Virus record (IMG/VR): IMGVR_UViG_3300032224_000679 | Location: 1 to 64,000 of that record | Origin: a virus | DNA: 64,000 nucleotides | Reading direction: 5' to 3' (one strand) | Part shown: in pieces, positions 6,681 through 16,792 of the stretch | Numbering within the stretch: the first letter of the stretch is position 1 | How the letters are laid out: each line of letters starts with the position of its first letter | The notes under the pieces: generated by a model | The model's database searches: none | Told to the model about the DNA's origin: nothing | Seen by the model: only the letters and a program-made list of their open reading frames with translations | Position numbers and translations under genes: made by a program

Positions 6681-8657
6681 ATGAGCGACATTGACCCAGC
6701 CCAAATACAAAATCTAATGAACTCGTTAAATCTAACGAGTGCTCAAGCAGAAGATGTTGCAAGATCATTAGGCCGATTAAGCCAATCATCTAGGGGTGCA
6801 GCCAATGCCGCAGACGCACAAAGAGATGCGACTGGTCGTCTTATCAGTAGCTATGACAGTTTAAAAACTGGATTCAGCGGGTTAGGGCAAGGTATTGGTT
6901 CTGCGGCACAAGGTATTAATACACTAACATCCAGCGTGGGATCTACACGTGATATGTTCATGGCATTGATACCAAGTATTAATTTTGCACATGATATATT
7001 CAATAAACTGGTTCTTTCTACTGGAGGCTTTGCTAGTGCGTTAACACAAGCCGCAGAAGGTTTGCCTAGTTTATTTGGTAAAATTGCTGGTGCTATGCAT
7101 GCATCTGGCGAAACGTTTAAAAAAGTTATTTTGGCAGCTGGTGATATTGCGTTTAATGCTGCCAAGACTCAAGTTTCAGAAACACAAAAACTAGTAAACG
7201 AATTTAAGGCCATGGCTGATGCGGGCATGACATTTGGTGGTAGTTTTGAAGCCGCGACAGCGGCTGCACATGCCGCAGGCGTTAGCATGGAAACATTTTC
7301 ATCTTTTGCATCCAAAAGTGCAGCCAATCTAGCCTTAATTGGTACAAGTTCACAATCAGCCGCAGGGATGATTATGAAAATGGCCAAGGATGTAAGCCCG
7401 GGTTTAATGGACATATACGGTTCTATGGACAACATAGCCAGTGAAATGGCAAACTATGTTGCGCTACAAACTGGATTAGGTGTTGATGCAGTTAAAAATC
7501 AAAAAGAACTTGAAGAAGGTGCTAAACGATATCTGTTAAACGAAAGAGAAATGAGTAATTTAACAGGTAAAAAAGTAGATCAGCTAAGACAAGAAGAAAA
7601 ACAAAGACAACAGTCAGCAGCATATCAATTAAAGATGCAAGAACTGGACCCAGCACAACAAGCAAATCAGAAGTTCCTATTTGATATGCTTACTAAACAG
7701 TATGGAGAATTAGGCTCACGAATGGCCATGAATCAATTGTTGAATGGTGATGCTTCTGCTGGTAATCCAGACCTTATGAGATTAGAATCACAAGTGCCTA
7801 AGTTATTCGAAACAGTTAATGGTATGGCACGTAATATCAATTTAGATTCTGAAACTTTTAAACGAACTGTTGGAGAAACTCTAGCAAGCTCAGCTGACCC
7901 AATTAAAGATCAAATTAAAGGATTACAACCTTTATTGACTTATGCCGCATCTGGTATAGGTAATGATATCTTTAATCAATTGAATAAGTTACTTGCACCT
8001 GTCTTGGGATCTTACAGTGAACAAGTAAATTCCCCTGCAGCCGTGGCAGCATCTATACAGAATTTCAATGCCGCAATGTCTAATACTGGTAGTATGGTTG
8101 ATAGTATGACTGCGGCAATTGAAAAAATGAAACGAGCACTCGAAGGTGTGACTATACAGAATTTAGATATGGTAAGCGATGCAATAACATTAGCTACCGG
8201 CTTAATAAAACCCGACGGTGCATACGTAGAAGCACTTGGCACTGCAAGGAAATTATTTTCAGCATTGGCAGACCCAACAGATGCTAACAAGTGGCTTGCT
8301 GTATTAGATAAATTAGGTAAGGATTTAACTCCTATAGGTGATACGATTGGGGGTACAGTTGCTCCACCTCGTCGTCCTGATGATCCTACTCCTAGAACTC
8401 ATCCTATAGAACAGTTGACAGAAAAAATTGAAGAACTAATACAAACAATAAAAAATTGGAGTCCAATTAGAACAAGTTCTGCAGATGCAGACTTGCCTGT
8501 ACTTGCTTCTGCCAGCAGAATCAATCGTTCACCAACTCCAGAAACTGATCCAGTGTTGCTTGCACTACAAGATCAAAATAGAATATTAGAAGACGTGGCT
8601 CAACATTCAAAAGACACTGTTGACATGCAAGGAAAAATATTGAATGCTCTAGCATAA
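6681..8657 (+). CDS. Tape-measure-like / baseplate hub protein
   Basis: 658 aa, Ala/Gly/Ser-rich helical sequence, adjacent to the hub chaperone genes. Confidence 0.6.
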   Translation: MSDIDPAQIQNLMNSLNLTSAQAEDVARSLGRLSQSSRGAANAADAQRDATGRLISSYDSLKTGFSGLGQGIGSAAQGINTLTSSVGSTRDMFMALIPSINFAHDIFNKLVLSTGGFASALTQAAEGLPSLFGKIAGAMHASGETFKKVILAAGDIAFNAAKTQVSETQKLVNEFKAMADAGMTFGGSFEAATAAAHAAGVSMETFSSFASKSAANLALIGTSSQSAAGMIMKMAKDVSPGLMDIYGSMDNIASEMANYVALQTGLGVDAVKNQKELEEGAKRYLLNEREMSNLTGKKVDQLRQEEKQRQQSAAYQLKMQELDPAQQANQKFLFDMLTKQYGELGSRMAMNQLLNGDASAGNPDLMRLESQVPKLFETVNGMARNINLDSETFKRTVGETLASSADPIKDQIKGLQPLLTYAASGIGNDIFNQLNKLLAPVLGSYSEQVNSPAAVAASIQNFNAAMSNTGSMVDSMTAAIEKMKRALEGVTIQNLDMVSDAITLATGLIKPDGAYVEALGTARKLFSALADPTDANKWLAVLDKLGKDLTPIGDTIGGTVAPPRRPDDPTPRTHPIEQLTEKIEELIQTIKNWSPIRTSSADADLPVLASASRINRSPTPETDPVLLALQDQNRILEDVAQHSKDTVDMQGKILNALA

Positions 8658-8663
8658 TATAGG

Positions 8664-8669
8664 TAAATA
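8664..8669 (+). promoter_or_regulatory. Late promoter motif TAAATA (portal)
   Basis: Recurrent motif upstream of structural genes; resembles T4 late promoter TATAAATA. Confidence 0.65.
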
Positions 8670-8691
8670 TCTAACTAAAGAGATTTTTAAA

Positions 8692-10416
8692 ATGACTTGG
8701 AAAAAGTATTTTCGTACGGCCAGTACTACATCGGGTGCAATTAGCCCGATTAGTGGAGTCACTGCTGGCAGCCCTCAATTTGGTTACAAAAACTACCAAA
8801 GTAATTTACCAGAGGTTTATATTGGGCATCCGAATCGTATTGAACGTTATAACCAATACGAACAAATGGACATGGACAGTGAAGTTAATGCCGCACTGGA
8901 TATCTTAGCTGAGTTTAGTACACAAGACAACGAAGAAAACGGCACTGCTTTTAGTTTTTACTGGAAAGAAAAGCCCACAGACAACGAAGTAAAAATCATA
9001 CGTGAACAGCTAACACAGTGGGTTAGCTTAAACGAATTCAACAAACGTATATTCAAAATGTTCCGTAATACAATCAAATACGGTGATCAAGTGTTTATAC
9101 GTGACCCTGAAACATTTAAATTGTTTTGGGTGGAAATGAGCAAAGTTACAAAGATTATTGTCAACGAAGCCAAAGGCAAAGAGCCTGAACAGTATATTTT
9201 AAAAGACGTTGCGCCTAATTTCCAAAATTTAACAGCTACAGCAATTACTAATACTGACATTAGCGTTAATCACCCACAAGTGGGCGGAGGCAGTGGTGCA
9301 TATATACAACCTAAAAATCCCTACAGCGGCGGCAGTAGATTCAGTCATGCACAAAACGAAACAGCCATTAATGCTGAACACATTGTACATTTGACACTAA
9401 CTGAAGGATTAGATTTTAGCTGGCCTTTTGGCAATTCGGTATTAGAAAATGTTTTCAAAGTATTCAAACAAAAAGAATTACTAGAAGATGCTATCATTAT
9501 CTACCGTGTACAACGTGCGCCAGAACGTAGAGTCTTTAAAATTGACGTAGGTAACATGCCTGCACACATGGCTATGGCATTTGTGGATCGTGTTAAAAAC
9601 GAAATTGCACAGCGTAGAATTCCTACACAAACTGGTGGTGGTCAAAATATGATGGATGCTACGTACAACCCATTGTCAACTAACGAAGATTTCTTCTTCC
9701 CACAAACTGCTGATGGTAGGGGTAGTAGTGTTGAACCTTTGCCTGGTGGACAAAACTTAGGTGAAATCACAGACTTGCACTTCTTTACTAACAAGTTGTT
9801 CCGTGGATTACGTATTCCTGCTAGCTATTTGCCCACAGGATTAGACGATGGAACTAGTAATCCCAATACATTTAGTGATGGTAGAGTTGGCACAGCACTG
9901 ATTCAAGAATGGCGGTTCAACCAATACTGTATGCGTTTACAGCGTATGATTGTTGAAAAACTGGATCAAGAATTTAAAATGTTCTTACGTTGGCGAGGTA
10001 TTAACATAGATAATAACTTGTTTGAGTTAAACTTTAACGAGCCACAAAACTTTGCTAGCTATCGTCAAGCAGAAGTTGACCAAGCTAGAATTACATCATT
10101 CACACAATTAGAAGCATTTCCTTATCTAAGCAAGCGTTTCTTGTTAACTCGTTATTTGGGATTGACTGAAGAAGAAATGAGCGACAACGAGCGTATGTGG
10201 GCCGAAGAGCAAGGTGATACAGAAAAAGCACCAGCAGAGGAAGCAGGATTACGTAGTGTTGGTATTAGTCCAGGTGGATTAGATTCTGACATACAAAATG
10301 CAGAAATGCCAGCAGCACCTGAAGGGGAAGGCATGCCAGGTGCACCATCTCCAGGAGGGGCTCCTGCAGGCGGAGCAGGTCCGGCAGCAGGCCCAGCACC
10401 AGTTCCGGCAAGTTAA
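8692..10416 (+). CDS. Portal protein, T4 gp20-like
   Basis: LLEDAIIIYRVQRAPERRVFKIDVGNMP, EDFFFP, LPGGQNLG, LFRGLRIP motifs; Pro/Ala/Gly-rich tail. Confidence 0.96.
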   Translation: MTWKKYFRTASTTSGAISPISGVTAGSPQFGYKNYQSNLPEVYIGHPNRIERYNQYEQMDMDSEVNAALDILAEFSTQDNEENGTAFSFYWKEKPTDNEVKIIREQLTQWVSLNEFNKRIFKMFRNTIKYGDQVFIRDPETFKLFWVEMSKVTKIIVNEAKGKEPEQYILKDVAPNFQNLTATAITNTDISVNHPQVGGGSGAYIQPKNPYSGGSRFSHAQNETAINAEHIVHLTLTEGLDFSWPFGNSVLENVFKVFKQKELLEDAIIIYRVQRAPERRVFKIDVGNMPAHMAMAFVDRVKNEIAQRRIPTQTGGGQNMMDATYNPLSTNEDFFFPQTADGRGSSVEPLPGGQNLGEITDLHFFTNKLFRGLRIPASYLPTGLDDGTSNPNTFSDGRVGTALIQEWRFNQYCMRLQRMIVEKLDQEFKMFLRWRGINIDNNLFELNFNEPQNFASYRQAEVDQARITSFTQLEAFPYLSKRFLLTRYLGLTEEEMSDNERMWAEEQGDTEKAPAEEAGLRSVGISPGGLDSDIQNAEMPAAPEGEGMPGAPSPGGAPAGGAGPAAGPAPVPAS

Positions 10417-10428
10417 TAGGATTTTGGT

Positions 10429-10434
10429 TAAATA
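10429..10434 (+). promoter_or_regulatory. Late promoter motif TAAATA, 5 nt before ATG
   Basis: TAAATA-acaat-ATG(10440). Confidence 0.65.
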
Positions 10435-10439
10435 ACAAT

Positions 10440-10670
10440 ATGCAAGTAAACGAATTATTTGAGCCAACACCCGCAGGATATCGTAGCGAAAAAGACGATA
10501 ATTCTGTGCTTAAAGCCGATGATACACGTAAAACTCGCTTAACTCTGGCTAGACTTAACAAGTTAAGAATGATGAATGACGTGCGAAAATTAGAGCACGA
10601 ACAAAAGTTAGAAAAAGTCACAACACAGTATAAAGTGCCTGCCGCAGCCGCAGGTGCTGCTGGCGTATAA
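10440..10670 (+). CDS. Small head-module protein (probable prohead core/internal protein)
   Basis: 76 aa between portal and core genes; N-terminus MQVNELFE. Confidence 0.7.
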   Translation: MQVNELFEPTPAGYRSEKDDNSVLKADDTRKTRLTLARLNKLRMMNDVRKLEHEQKLEKVTTQYKVPAAAAGAAGV

Positions 10671-10729
10671 TTATATTCTTAAAATACGTCAAAAAATGCC
10701 CATTTAACCCCTAATATACGCATATTCTG

Positions 10730-10735
10730 TAAATA
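10730..10735 (+). promoter_or_regulatory. Late promoter motif TAAATA
   Basis: Upstream of SD AAAGGA and ATG 10780. Confidence 0.6.
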
Positions 10736-10779
10736 ACTATACAGAATTCATTTACATATTTTTAAAAAGGATCACGAAT

Positions 10780-11832
10780 ATGTCAACAAAATACGAACAA
10801 CTAATTGAATACATCATTAATGATGACGAAGCTAAAGCTCGTGAATTGTTCCACCAAATCGTTGTGGAAAAATCACGTGACATCTACGAATCATTAATTG
10901 ACGAGCAGGACCTAGAAGAAGTTGGTGGAAACCCAGTCGGCCGCATGGTTGACGAAATTTCTGCAGACGAAGAAGGCATGCAAGAAGACGAAGAAGATTC
11001 AGAAGACGAAGACGGCATCAGCTTAGACAGCGATGACGACATGGGCGACGACATGGGAGACATGGACGGCGATATGGGTCACGGCATGGGCGATGAAGGC
11101 AGCGTAGAAGATCGCGTTATGGATCTAGAAGATGCACTAGACGAACTAAAAGCAGAATTTGACGCTTTAATGGCTGGTGAAAATGCTGAAGAACACGACC
11201 ACCCTGGTATCCACGACATGGGCGGTGACGACATGGGCATGGGTGACGAAGGCGATGAAATGGAAGGCATGTACATGGAAGCCGAAGACGAAGAAGATGA
11301 TGACGAAGAAGAAGATCTTGAAGAGTCTAAGAAAACCAAAGAAGACATGTTAAAAGCCAAAAACATGAAGAACATGAAAGACAGCAAAAAGAAAATGACC
11401 GAAGCTGAGTGGATTCGTGAATACGTTGAGAAAATTGGCGAGTATCCAGGTGAGCAATCTAGCCCAAGCGGTAAGATGGCTGGTACTGGTGCTAAGAGCG
11501 AAAAGCAAGGTGAGCGCAACACTAGAAGCGTTACTGGTCCTGGTGCTGACATGGGCGGTACAACTAAAAATACTGCACGTGGTGGAGCCGAAGCTGATGT
11601 ATTTGGTAAGACTATTGAAGAGCCAAACAACGAATATGCTAAAGGCCGCGGCAATTTAAAAGACGCAGGTAAATTTGCTAACGTTCCAGGTAAAGACTCT
11701 GGTCACACATCTTACAAACACAAGTCAGATCGTCAACCTGAAACAAACGATCCAGAAAAAGGCAAACTAGTTGGTAATGACGGAACTCGTCCTATCAACA
11801 AGAAAAGCCCAATGAAGCACATCGGTAAGTAA
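10780..11832 (+). CDS. Acidic prohead core/scaffold-type protein
   Basis: Helical N-terminus, long Asp/Glu/Met-rich region, many hydrophobic-X-E sites; lies between portal and protease like T4 gp67/gp68. Confidence 0.7.
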   Translation: MSTKYEQLIEYIINDDEAKARELFHQIVVEKSRDIYESLIDEQDLEEVGGNPVGRMVDEISADEEGMQEDEEDSEDEDGISLDSDDDMGDDMGDMDGDMGHGMGDEGSVEDRVMDLEDALDELKAEFDALMAGENAEEHDHPGIHDMGGDDMGMGDEGDEMEGMYMEAEDEEDDDEEEDLEESKKTKEDMLKAKNMKNMKDSKKKMTEAEWIREYVEKIGEYPGEQSSPSGKMAGTGAKSEKQGERNTRSVTGPGADMGGTTKNTARGGAEADVFGKTIEEPNNEYAKGRGNLKDAGKFANVPGKDSGHTSYKHKSDRQPETNDPEKGKLVGNDGTRPINKKSPMKHIGK

Positions 11833-11836
11833 TTAC

Positions 11837-12472
11837 ATGAACTTATTAAGAGAACATTTAACCTTTGATAATGCCAGGATGGAACTCCTAGCAGAGTCAA
11901 CTGCTGACGGCAAAGGTAAGAATCTCTATATGAAGGGTATATTTGTTCAAGGCGGAGTTAAAAACGCTAACCAACGTGTATACCCAGTTCAAGAAATTGC
12001 TCAAGCTGTTGAAACTATTAACACACAAATCAAAGATGGTTATAGCGTATTAGGCGAACTAGATCATCCAGATGATTTAAAAATTAACTTAGACCGAGTA
12101 TGTCACATGATTACAGACATGTGGATGGATGGCCCTAACGGCTTCGGTAAGTTAAAAATTCTTCCAACTCCAATGGGACAACTAGTAACAACTATGTTGG
12201 AAAGTGGAGTGAAGCTAGGTGTTTCGAGCAGAGGTAGCGGTAACGTTAACGAAGGTTCGGGGCATGTCAGTGACTTTGAAATAGTCACAGTTGATATAGT
12301 TGCACAACCCAGTGCGCCTAATGCATATCCAAAAGCTGTTTACGAAGGGCTTATGAATATGCGTGGAGGTCACAGAGTTCTCGATATGGCGAAAGATGCC
12401 GGTGCAAATCAAAAGGTCCAGAAGTATTTGCAAGAGGAAGTAAGACGCCTCATCAAAGACTTAAAAATATAA
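11837..12472 (+). CDS. Prohead core protease, T4 gp21-like
   Basis: NANQRVYP, LGELDHP, LGVSSRGSG, DIVAQPSAPNAY; preceded by TAAGTA-attac-ATG. Confidence 0.96.
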   Translation: MNLLREHLTFDNARMELLAESTADGKGKNLYMKGIFVQGGVKNANQRVYPVQEIAQAVETINTQIKDGYSVLGELDHPDDLKINLDRVCHMITDMWMDGPNGFGKLKILPTPMGQLVTTMLESGVKLGVSSRGSGNVNEGSGHVSDFEIVTVDIVAQPSAPNAYPKAVYEGLMNMRGGHRVLDMAKDAGANQKVQKYLQEEVRRLIKDLKI

Positions 12473-12486
12473 CAGGAGAATGATCC

Positions 12487-13584
12487 ATGTTTGATGCTAT
12501 CAAACCATTAGTAGATAGTGGTATCATTAACGAAGAAACCAAGACAGCGATTAACGAAGCTTGGGAATCAAAGTTAAATGAAGCACGTGAACAACTTCGC
12601 GCAGAAATCCGTGAAGAGTTTGCTGGCCGCTATGAACACGATAAAAGTGTAATGGTCGAAGCTCTAGACAAGATGGTCACAGAAAGTCTCCAAGCAGAAA
12701 TCCGTGAATTTGCTGAGGAAAAAACTCAGTTAGCCGCAGACCGTGTGCGCTTTAACAAGCGTATGCAAGAAAGCGCAGGTAAATTTGATCGCTTCCTAGT
12801 TGGAAAACTAGCAGAAGAAATCAAAGAACTACGTGGCGACCGTCACACTCAGAAGGAAAGCATTCAGCGCCTAGAGAAGTTCGTTATCCGTGCATTGGCT
12901 GAAGAAATTCAAGAATTTGCTAAAGACAAACAAGACGTAGTTGAAACAAAAGTTAAACTAGTACGTGAAGCTAAATCAAAACTAGCTGAACTACAAAAAA
13001 CATTTGTTGCTAAATCTTCTGCACTTGTTAAAGAATCTGTAGCTAACAAGCTAGAGTCAGAATTGACTCAACTAAAAGAAGACATTCAAATTGCTCGTGA
13101 GAACAATTTTGGACGTCGTCTATTCGAAGCTTTTGCTAGCGAATTCGCTATCACTCATTTAAATGAGAATACTGAAATTGCTAAACTAACAAAAGCACTA
13201 GAGAAAAAAGAACAGCAAATCGCAGAAGCTAACCAAGCTGTTGCACAAAAGGCTGCTCTGGTTGAATCAAAAGACCGTGAAATTAAAATTATTAAAGAAT
13301 CACAAGAGCGTAAGCAATCACTAAACGAATTGCTAAAACCTCTAAACAAAGAGAAGCAGGCTGTAATGGGTCAACTTCTTGAGAACGTGCAGACCGATAG
13401 GTTGAAGTCTGCATTTGAAAAGTATCTACCAGCAGTTCTAAACAACTCTGTAGCAGTACAACCTGAAAAGGCTATGCTAGCTGAGAGTCGTGTAGAAGTT
13501 ACTGGTGATAAATCTGCTAAGGTCAGCGTTGAAACCGACTATAATAATGTAGTTGAAATTAAACGTTTAGCAGGGCTTAAATAA
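12487..13584 (+). CDS. Prohead core scaffolding protein, T4 gp22-like
   Basis: Coiled-coil Glu/Lys/Ala-rich 365 aa between protease and capsid genes; SD AGGAG; ends IKRLAGLK. Confidence 0.85.
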   Translation: MFDAIKPLVDSGIINEETKTAINEAWESKLNEAREQLRAEIREEFAGRYEHDKSVMVEALDKMVTESLQAEIREFAEEKTQLAADRVRFNKRMQESAGKFDRFLVGKLAEEIKELRGDRHTQKESIQRLEKFVIRALAEEIQEFAKDKQDVVETKVKLVREAKSKLAELQKTFVAKSSALVKESVANKLESELTQLKEDIQIARENNFGRRLFEAFASEFAITHLNENTEIAKLTKALEKKEQQIAEANQAVAQKAALVESKDREIKIIKESQERKQSLNELLKPLNKEKQAVMGQLLENVQTDRLKSAFEKYLPAVLNNSVAVQPEKAMLAESRVEVTGDKSAKVSVETDYNNVVEIKRLAGLK

Positions 13585-13606
13585 ACCCTAATTAGGAGAA
13601 ATATAA

Positions 13607-14791
13607 ATGACACAAGCACTATTAGAAGGCCGTTGGGGCGAAACAAAAGATGCCCTGCTAGAAGGTCTAAACGGTTCACGTAGAACCACAATGGGTGTTA
13701 TCCTTGAAAACACCCGTAAGCACTTGGCTGAAAATGCAACAGCTGGTGCAACATCTGCAGGTAACGTAGCTACACTTAACCGTGTTATTCTACCAGTTAT
13801 CCGTCGTGTTATGCCTACAGTTATTGCTAACGAAATCGTTGGTGTACAACCAATGACAGGTCCAGTGGCTCAAATCCACACATTGCGTGTTCGCTATGCT
13901 GACACACAAACTGTTACAGCTCCAAGCCCATTTGATACATCAGTAACAAAAGGTGATGAAGCTCTAAGCCCATTCAAAATTGCTACTGCTTACTCTGGTA
14001 ATAGCACAACTGGTCGTGCTTCTTCTGTAAGCGCACTAGAAGGTCAACCAGGTAACCGTATCAACGTCCAAATCTTGAAACAAGTTGTTGAAGCTAAAAC
14101 TCGCAAATTATCAGCACGTTGGACATTTGAAGCCGCGCAAGATGCACAATCTATGCACGGTCTAGATATTGAAGCAGAAATCATGGCTGCTCTAGCACAA
14201 GAAATCACAGTTGAAATTGACCAAGAAGTTCTAGGTTCTCTACGTGGGTTGGCTGCTACTGAGTTTGCATATGATCAAGCATCTGTATCTGGTACAGCTA
14301 CATTCGTTGGTGACGAACACGCTGCTCTTGCAGTATTGATCAACCGTACAGCTAACTTGATTGCACAACGTACACGTCGTGGCGCAGGTAACTGGGCAGT
14401 TGTTAGTTCAGCTGCATTGACAGTTCTTCAGTCTGCTACAACTTCTGCTTTTGCTCGCACTACAGAAGGTACATTCGAAGCTCCTACAAACACTAAGTTT
14501 GTTGGTACATTGAATGGCGCAATGAAGATTTATGTTGACAGCTATGCCAGCGATACACAAGCTGTTCTAGTTGGATACAAAGGTACATCAGAGGCTGATG
14601 CCGCAGCATTCTACTGCCCATATATTCCTCTAATGAGTTCTGGAGTTGTTCTTGACCCAAGCACATTCGAACCAGTCGTAGGCTTTATGACTCGTTACGG
14701 ATACATTGAGTTAACAAACACTGCATCGTCTCTAGGCAATGCAGGCGACTATCTTGGCGAAATTTCTGTAGCCAACTTGAGCTTCCAGTAA
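13607..14791 (+). CDS. Major capsid protein, T4 gp23-like
   Basis: LPVIRRVMP, VGVQPMTGP, KTRKLSARWTFEAAQD, EIMAALAQEI, FYCPYIPL, GFMTRYG; likely cleavage after HLAE. Confidence 0.97.
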   Translation: MTQALLEGRWGETKDALLEGLNGSRRTTMGVILENTRKHLAENATAGATSAGNVATLNRVILPVIRRVMPTVIANEIVGVQPMTGPVAQIHTLRVRYADTQTVTAPSPFDTSVTKGDEALSPFKIATAYSGNSTTGRASSVSALEGQPGNRINVQILKQVVEAKTRKLSARWTFEAAQDAQSMHGLDIEAEIMAALAQEITVEIDQEVLGSLRGLAATEFAYDQASVSGTATFVGDEHAALAVLINRTANLIAQRTRRGAGNWAVVSSAALTVLQSATTSAFARTTEGTFEAPTNTKFVGTLNGAMKIYVDSYASDTQAVLVGYKGTSEADAAAFYCPYIPLMSSGVVLDPSTFEPVVGFMTRYGYIELTNTASSLGNAGDYLGEISVANLSFQ

Positions 14792-14823
14792 TCACAAAAC
14801 TTTCTCAGGGATGGGAAGACATC

Positions 14824-14846
14824 AAAGGACCTTCGGGTCCTTTTTT
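14824..14846 (+). terminator. Rho-independent terminator after the major capsid gene
   Basis: AAAGGACC-TTCG-GGTCCTTT plus T tract (cUUCGg loop). Confidence 0.9.
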
Positions 14847-14852
14847 GTTGAT

Positions 14853-14858
14853 TAAATA
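14853..14858 (+). promoter_or_regulatory. Late promoter motif TAAATA, 6 nt before ATG
   Basis: TAAATA-tccaat-ATG(14865). Confidence 0.65.
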
Positions 14859-14864
14859 TCCAAT

Positions 14865-15866
14865 ATGAGTTCTTACGTTTATCCTGATCTTGATTTTCCA
14901 GTTAAAGTAATAATGCCAAACCCTAATCCTATTAGTGCAGGCATAGATCCTATTGTATTAGAAGAATTATATAAAAACGAATTAACTTTACTGGACTTTA
15001 GTAGAGAGCATGTGATTGGTCGAAATAGTTGGAATGCCACTAACGCAAAACAATATTTTGATCAACTAGGATTAACAAATATCATTTACTTAACCAGTAA
15101 CTTAGCTGAATCTAGTGATCGCATCATATTTTTTCCAGGATGGATTTATAATAAAAATTTGAGTTATAAAGATTTAACCTGCAGTGATATAAAACGCAGA
15201 TCAATTAAAATAAGTTGCTTAAACAGATTTCCTTCTGCACATCGTGTTTATTGTTTTCATGAATTACAAAAAAAGAAGTATAGTAATGAAATGATGCTTT
15301 CTTTTTATGGATTAAGCGATCCGTACTTGCCAATGAATCAAGGACATGACATTTATCATTCAATGTACAATAATATACCTATAGCTATCAAAGATGAAAT
15401 AGCAAAATTAATTTTATATAAAGAATCAATACCAAAAGATAATATATGGTATTATCAAAATTTACACAGCTTTGACCACCCAGCATATTTAGATTCTTAT
15501 CTTAATATTGTAACAGAGTCTAGTCATGATCAATGTTTCTTTAGTGAAAAATCCTGCAAGCCTTTGGCCGCAGGGCAGTTATTTTTACAAGTAAATGCAA
15601 AGAACAGTGTAGATACATTAAGATATTTGGGTTTTGAATGTTTTGATCAACATTTAAATAATCATAGTTATGAAAATAACGATCATTTTGTTGACAGAAT
15701 TAATGAAATGATGAGTTTAATAGACAACATTTATGATAATATAGAAGAACTATATTTTTTAAACAAACAGGAAATTATCTTTAACCGAGAATATCTAACA
15801 TCTGACGGTTTTAAATTAAAATTACTAAAACCGTTAAGGCAATTTGGGGCACTGATTGATAAATAG
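14865..15866 (+). CDS. Hypothetical protein, possible glycosyltransferase-like (GT-B type) enzyme
   Basis: SCLNR...HR, YLNIVTES..FFSEKSCKPL, LRYLGFECF; the SEK..KP segment is reminiscent of the GT10 nucleotide-sugar-binding motif; AT-rich insertion. Confidence 0.5.
   Translation: MSSYVYPDLDFPVKVIMPNPNPISAGIDPIVLEELYKNELTLLDFSREHVIGRNSWNATNAKQYFDQLGLTNIIYLTSNLAESSDRIIFFPGWIYNKNLSYKDLTCSDIKRRSIKISCLNRFPSAHRVYCFHELQKKKYSNEMMLSFYGLSDPYLPMNQGHDIYHSMYNNIPIAIKDEIAKLILYKESIPKDNIWYYQNLHSFDHPAYLDSYLNIVTESSHDQCFFSEKSCKPLAAGQLFLQVNAKNSVDTLRYLGFECFDQHLNNHSYENNDHFVDRINEMMSLIDNIYDNIEELYFLNKQEIIFNREYLTSDGFKLKLLKPLRQFGALIDK
15860..15865 (+). promoter_or_regulatory. Late promoter motif TAAATA
   Basis: Precedes a ~70-nt leader with SD AAAGGA. 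Confidence 0.6.
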
Positions 15867-15940
15867 TATTGTTCACATGAATTCTCGGAGCGCCACTTCG
15901 GGTAGCCTAGAACGCTAACACAACTATAAAGGAAAAAGAA

Positions 15941-16699
15941 ATGGCAAAGTTAAAAATACAAAATGCAACCGGAAGTAGCACACAACGTGATGCTTATGTA
16001 AGTCCGATTCAAATCAATGGTACAAATATTGGTGGTACAGGTGGTGATACAGCATTGTCAGTTCCAACTATTCGCATACAATATCTTAGAGATAGCGGTG
16101 GTGCAGTTGAGAACGGTTTTATTGTTTTTCAAAAGGGCGCCCGCAAATTTGAAGTGAACAATACATCTAACGCTAATGTTACTGTTGTTAGTTTGGTCAA
16201 CAGATCTAATGCGGCAGCAGAAATTACATCAGCAAACACTGGTGCTATTAGAGTTAACGTTGCAGTAATTACAGGTGCTAATCTAGCAAACATTGGTACA
16301 GGCGGTGGTGGTTACACAAACGCACGTACATTTGCTTATCTAACATTTACTGCTGCCAACGTAGCAGGTTATGCTACTCCTGTAGTAGGATATCAATTAA
16401 CAGGAAACAGCGGCTTCTTAACCAGCAATATTTCTGGAAATGTACAAGTAGTTGCAATTAACAGCGCAACCAATGTAACAATTCAATGCCCTGATCAAAC
16501 GATTACAACTAATGCTACTGGACGTATTCAAGTTACTGAAACATTCAATGCTAAACGTATCAGCAACAAGTATGTTTGGGACTGGTCTGACAGAAAATGG
16601 CGCTTCTATCTAGGTACTCCATACACTGATGGATCTTCAACTATAAGCACTCAACCAACATGGCAAGGTGTTAACCTTGTTCGTGTAGACAACGCTTAA
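15941..16699 (+). CDS. Probable virion structural protein (possible head decoration)
   Basis: Beta-rich Thr/Asn/Gly sequence; own late promoter, strong SD and terminator; capsid-proximal. Confidence 0.6.
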   Translation: MAKLKIQNATGSSTQRDAYVSPIQINGTNIGGTGGDTALSVPTIRIQYLRDSGGAVENGFIVFQKGARKFEVNNTSNANVTVVSLVNRSNAAAEITSANTGAIRVNVAVITGANLANIGTGGGGYTNARTFAYLTFTAANVAGYATPVVGYQLTGNSGFLTSNISGNVQVVAINSATNVTIQCPDQTITTNATGRIQVTETFNAKRISNKYVWDWSDRKWRFYLGTPYTDGSSTISTQPTWQGVNLVRVDNA

Positions 16700-16723
16700 T
16701 CCACGTTTTTTATCAAAAACAAT

Positions 16724-16747
16724 AAAATGGGCTTCGGCCCATTTTTT
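16724..16747 (+). terminator. Rho-independent terminator
   Basis: AAAATGGGC-TTCG-GCCCATTTT plus T tract. Confidence 0.9.
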
Positions 16748-16766
16748 GTCTATAAAAATATTTGAA

Positions 16767-16772
16767 TAAATA
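16767..16772 (+). promoter_or_regulatory. Late promoter motif TAAATA
   Basis: Immediately after the terminator, upstream of ATG 16793. Confidence 0.6.
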
Positions 16773-16792
16773 CTGTATTATTGGAATTTTAA

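Noticed and set aside
11079-11654. 191-aa Ser-rich antisense ORF
   Set aside because: Mirror of the GAA/GAC-rich acidic core gene
409-14791. Inteins or introns in gp46, portal or capsid genes
   Set aside because: Lengths are ordinary, and no intein C/S...HN motifs or frame breaks are seen
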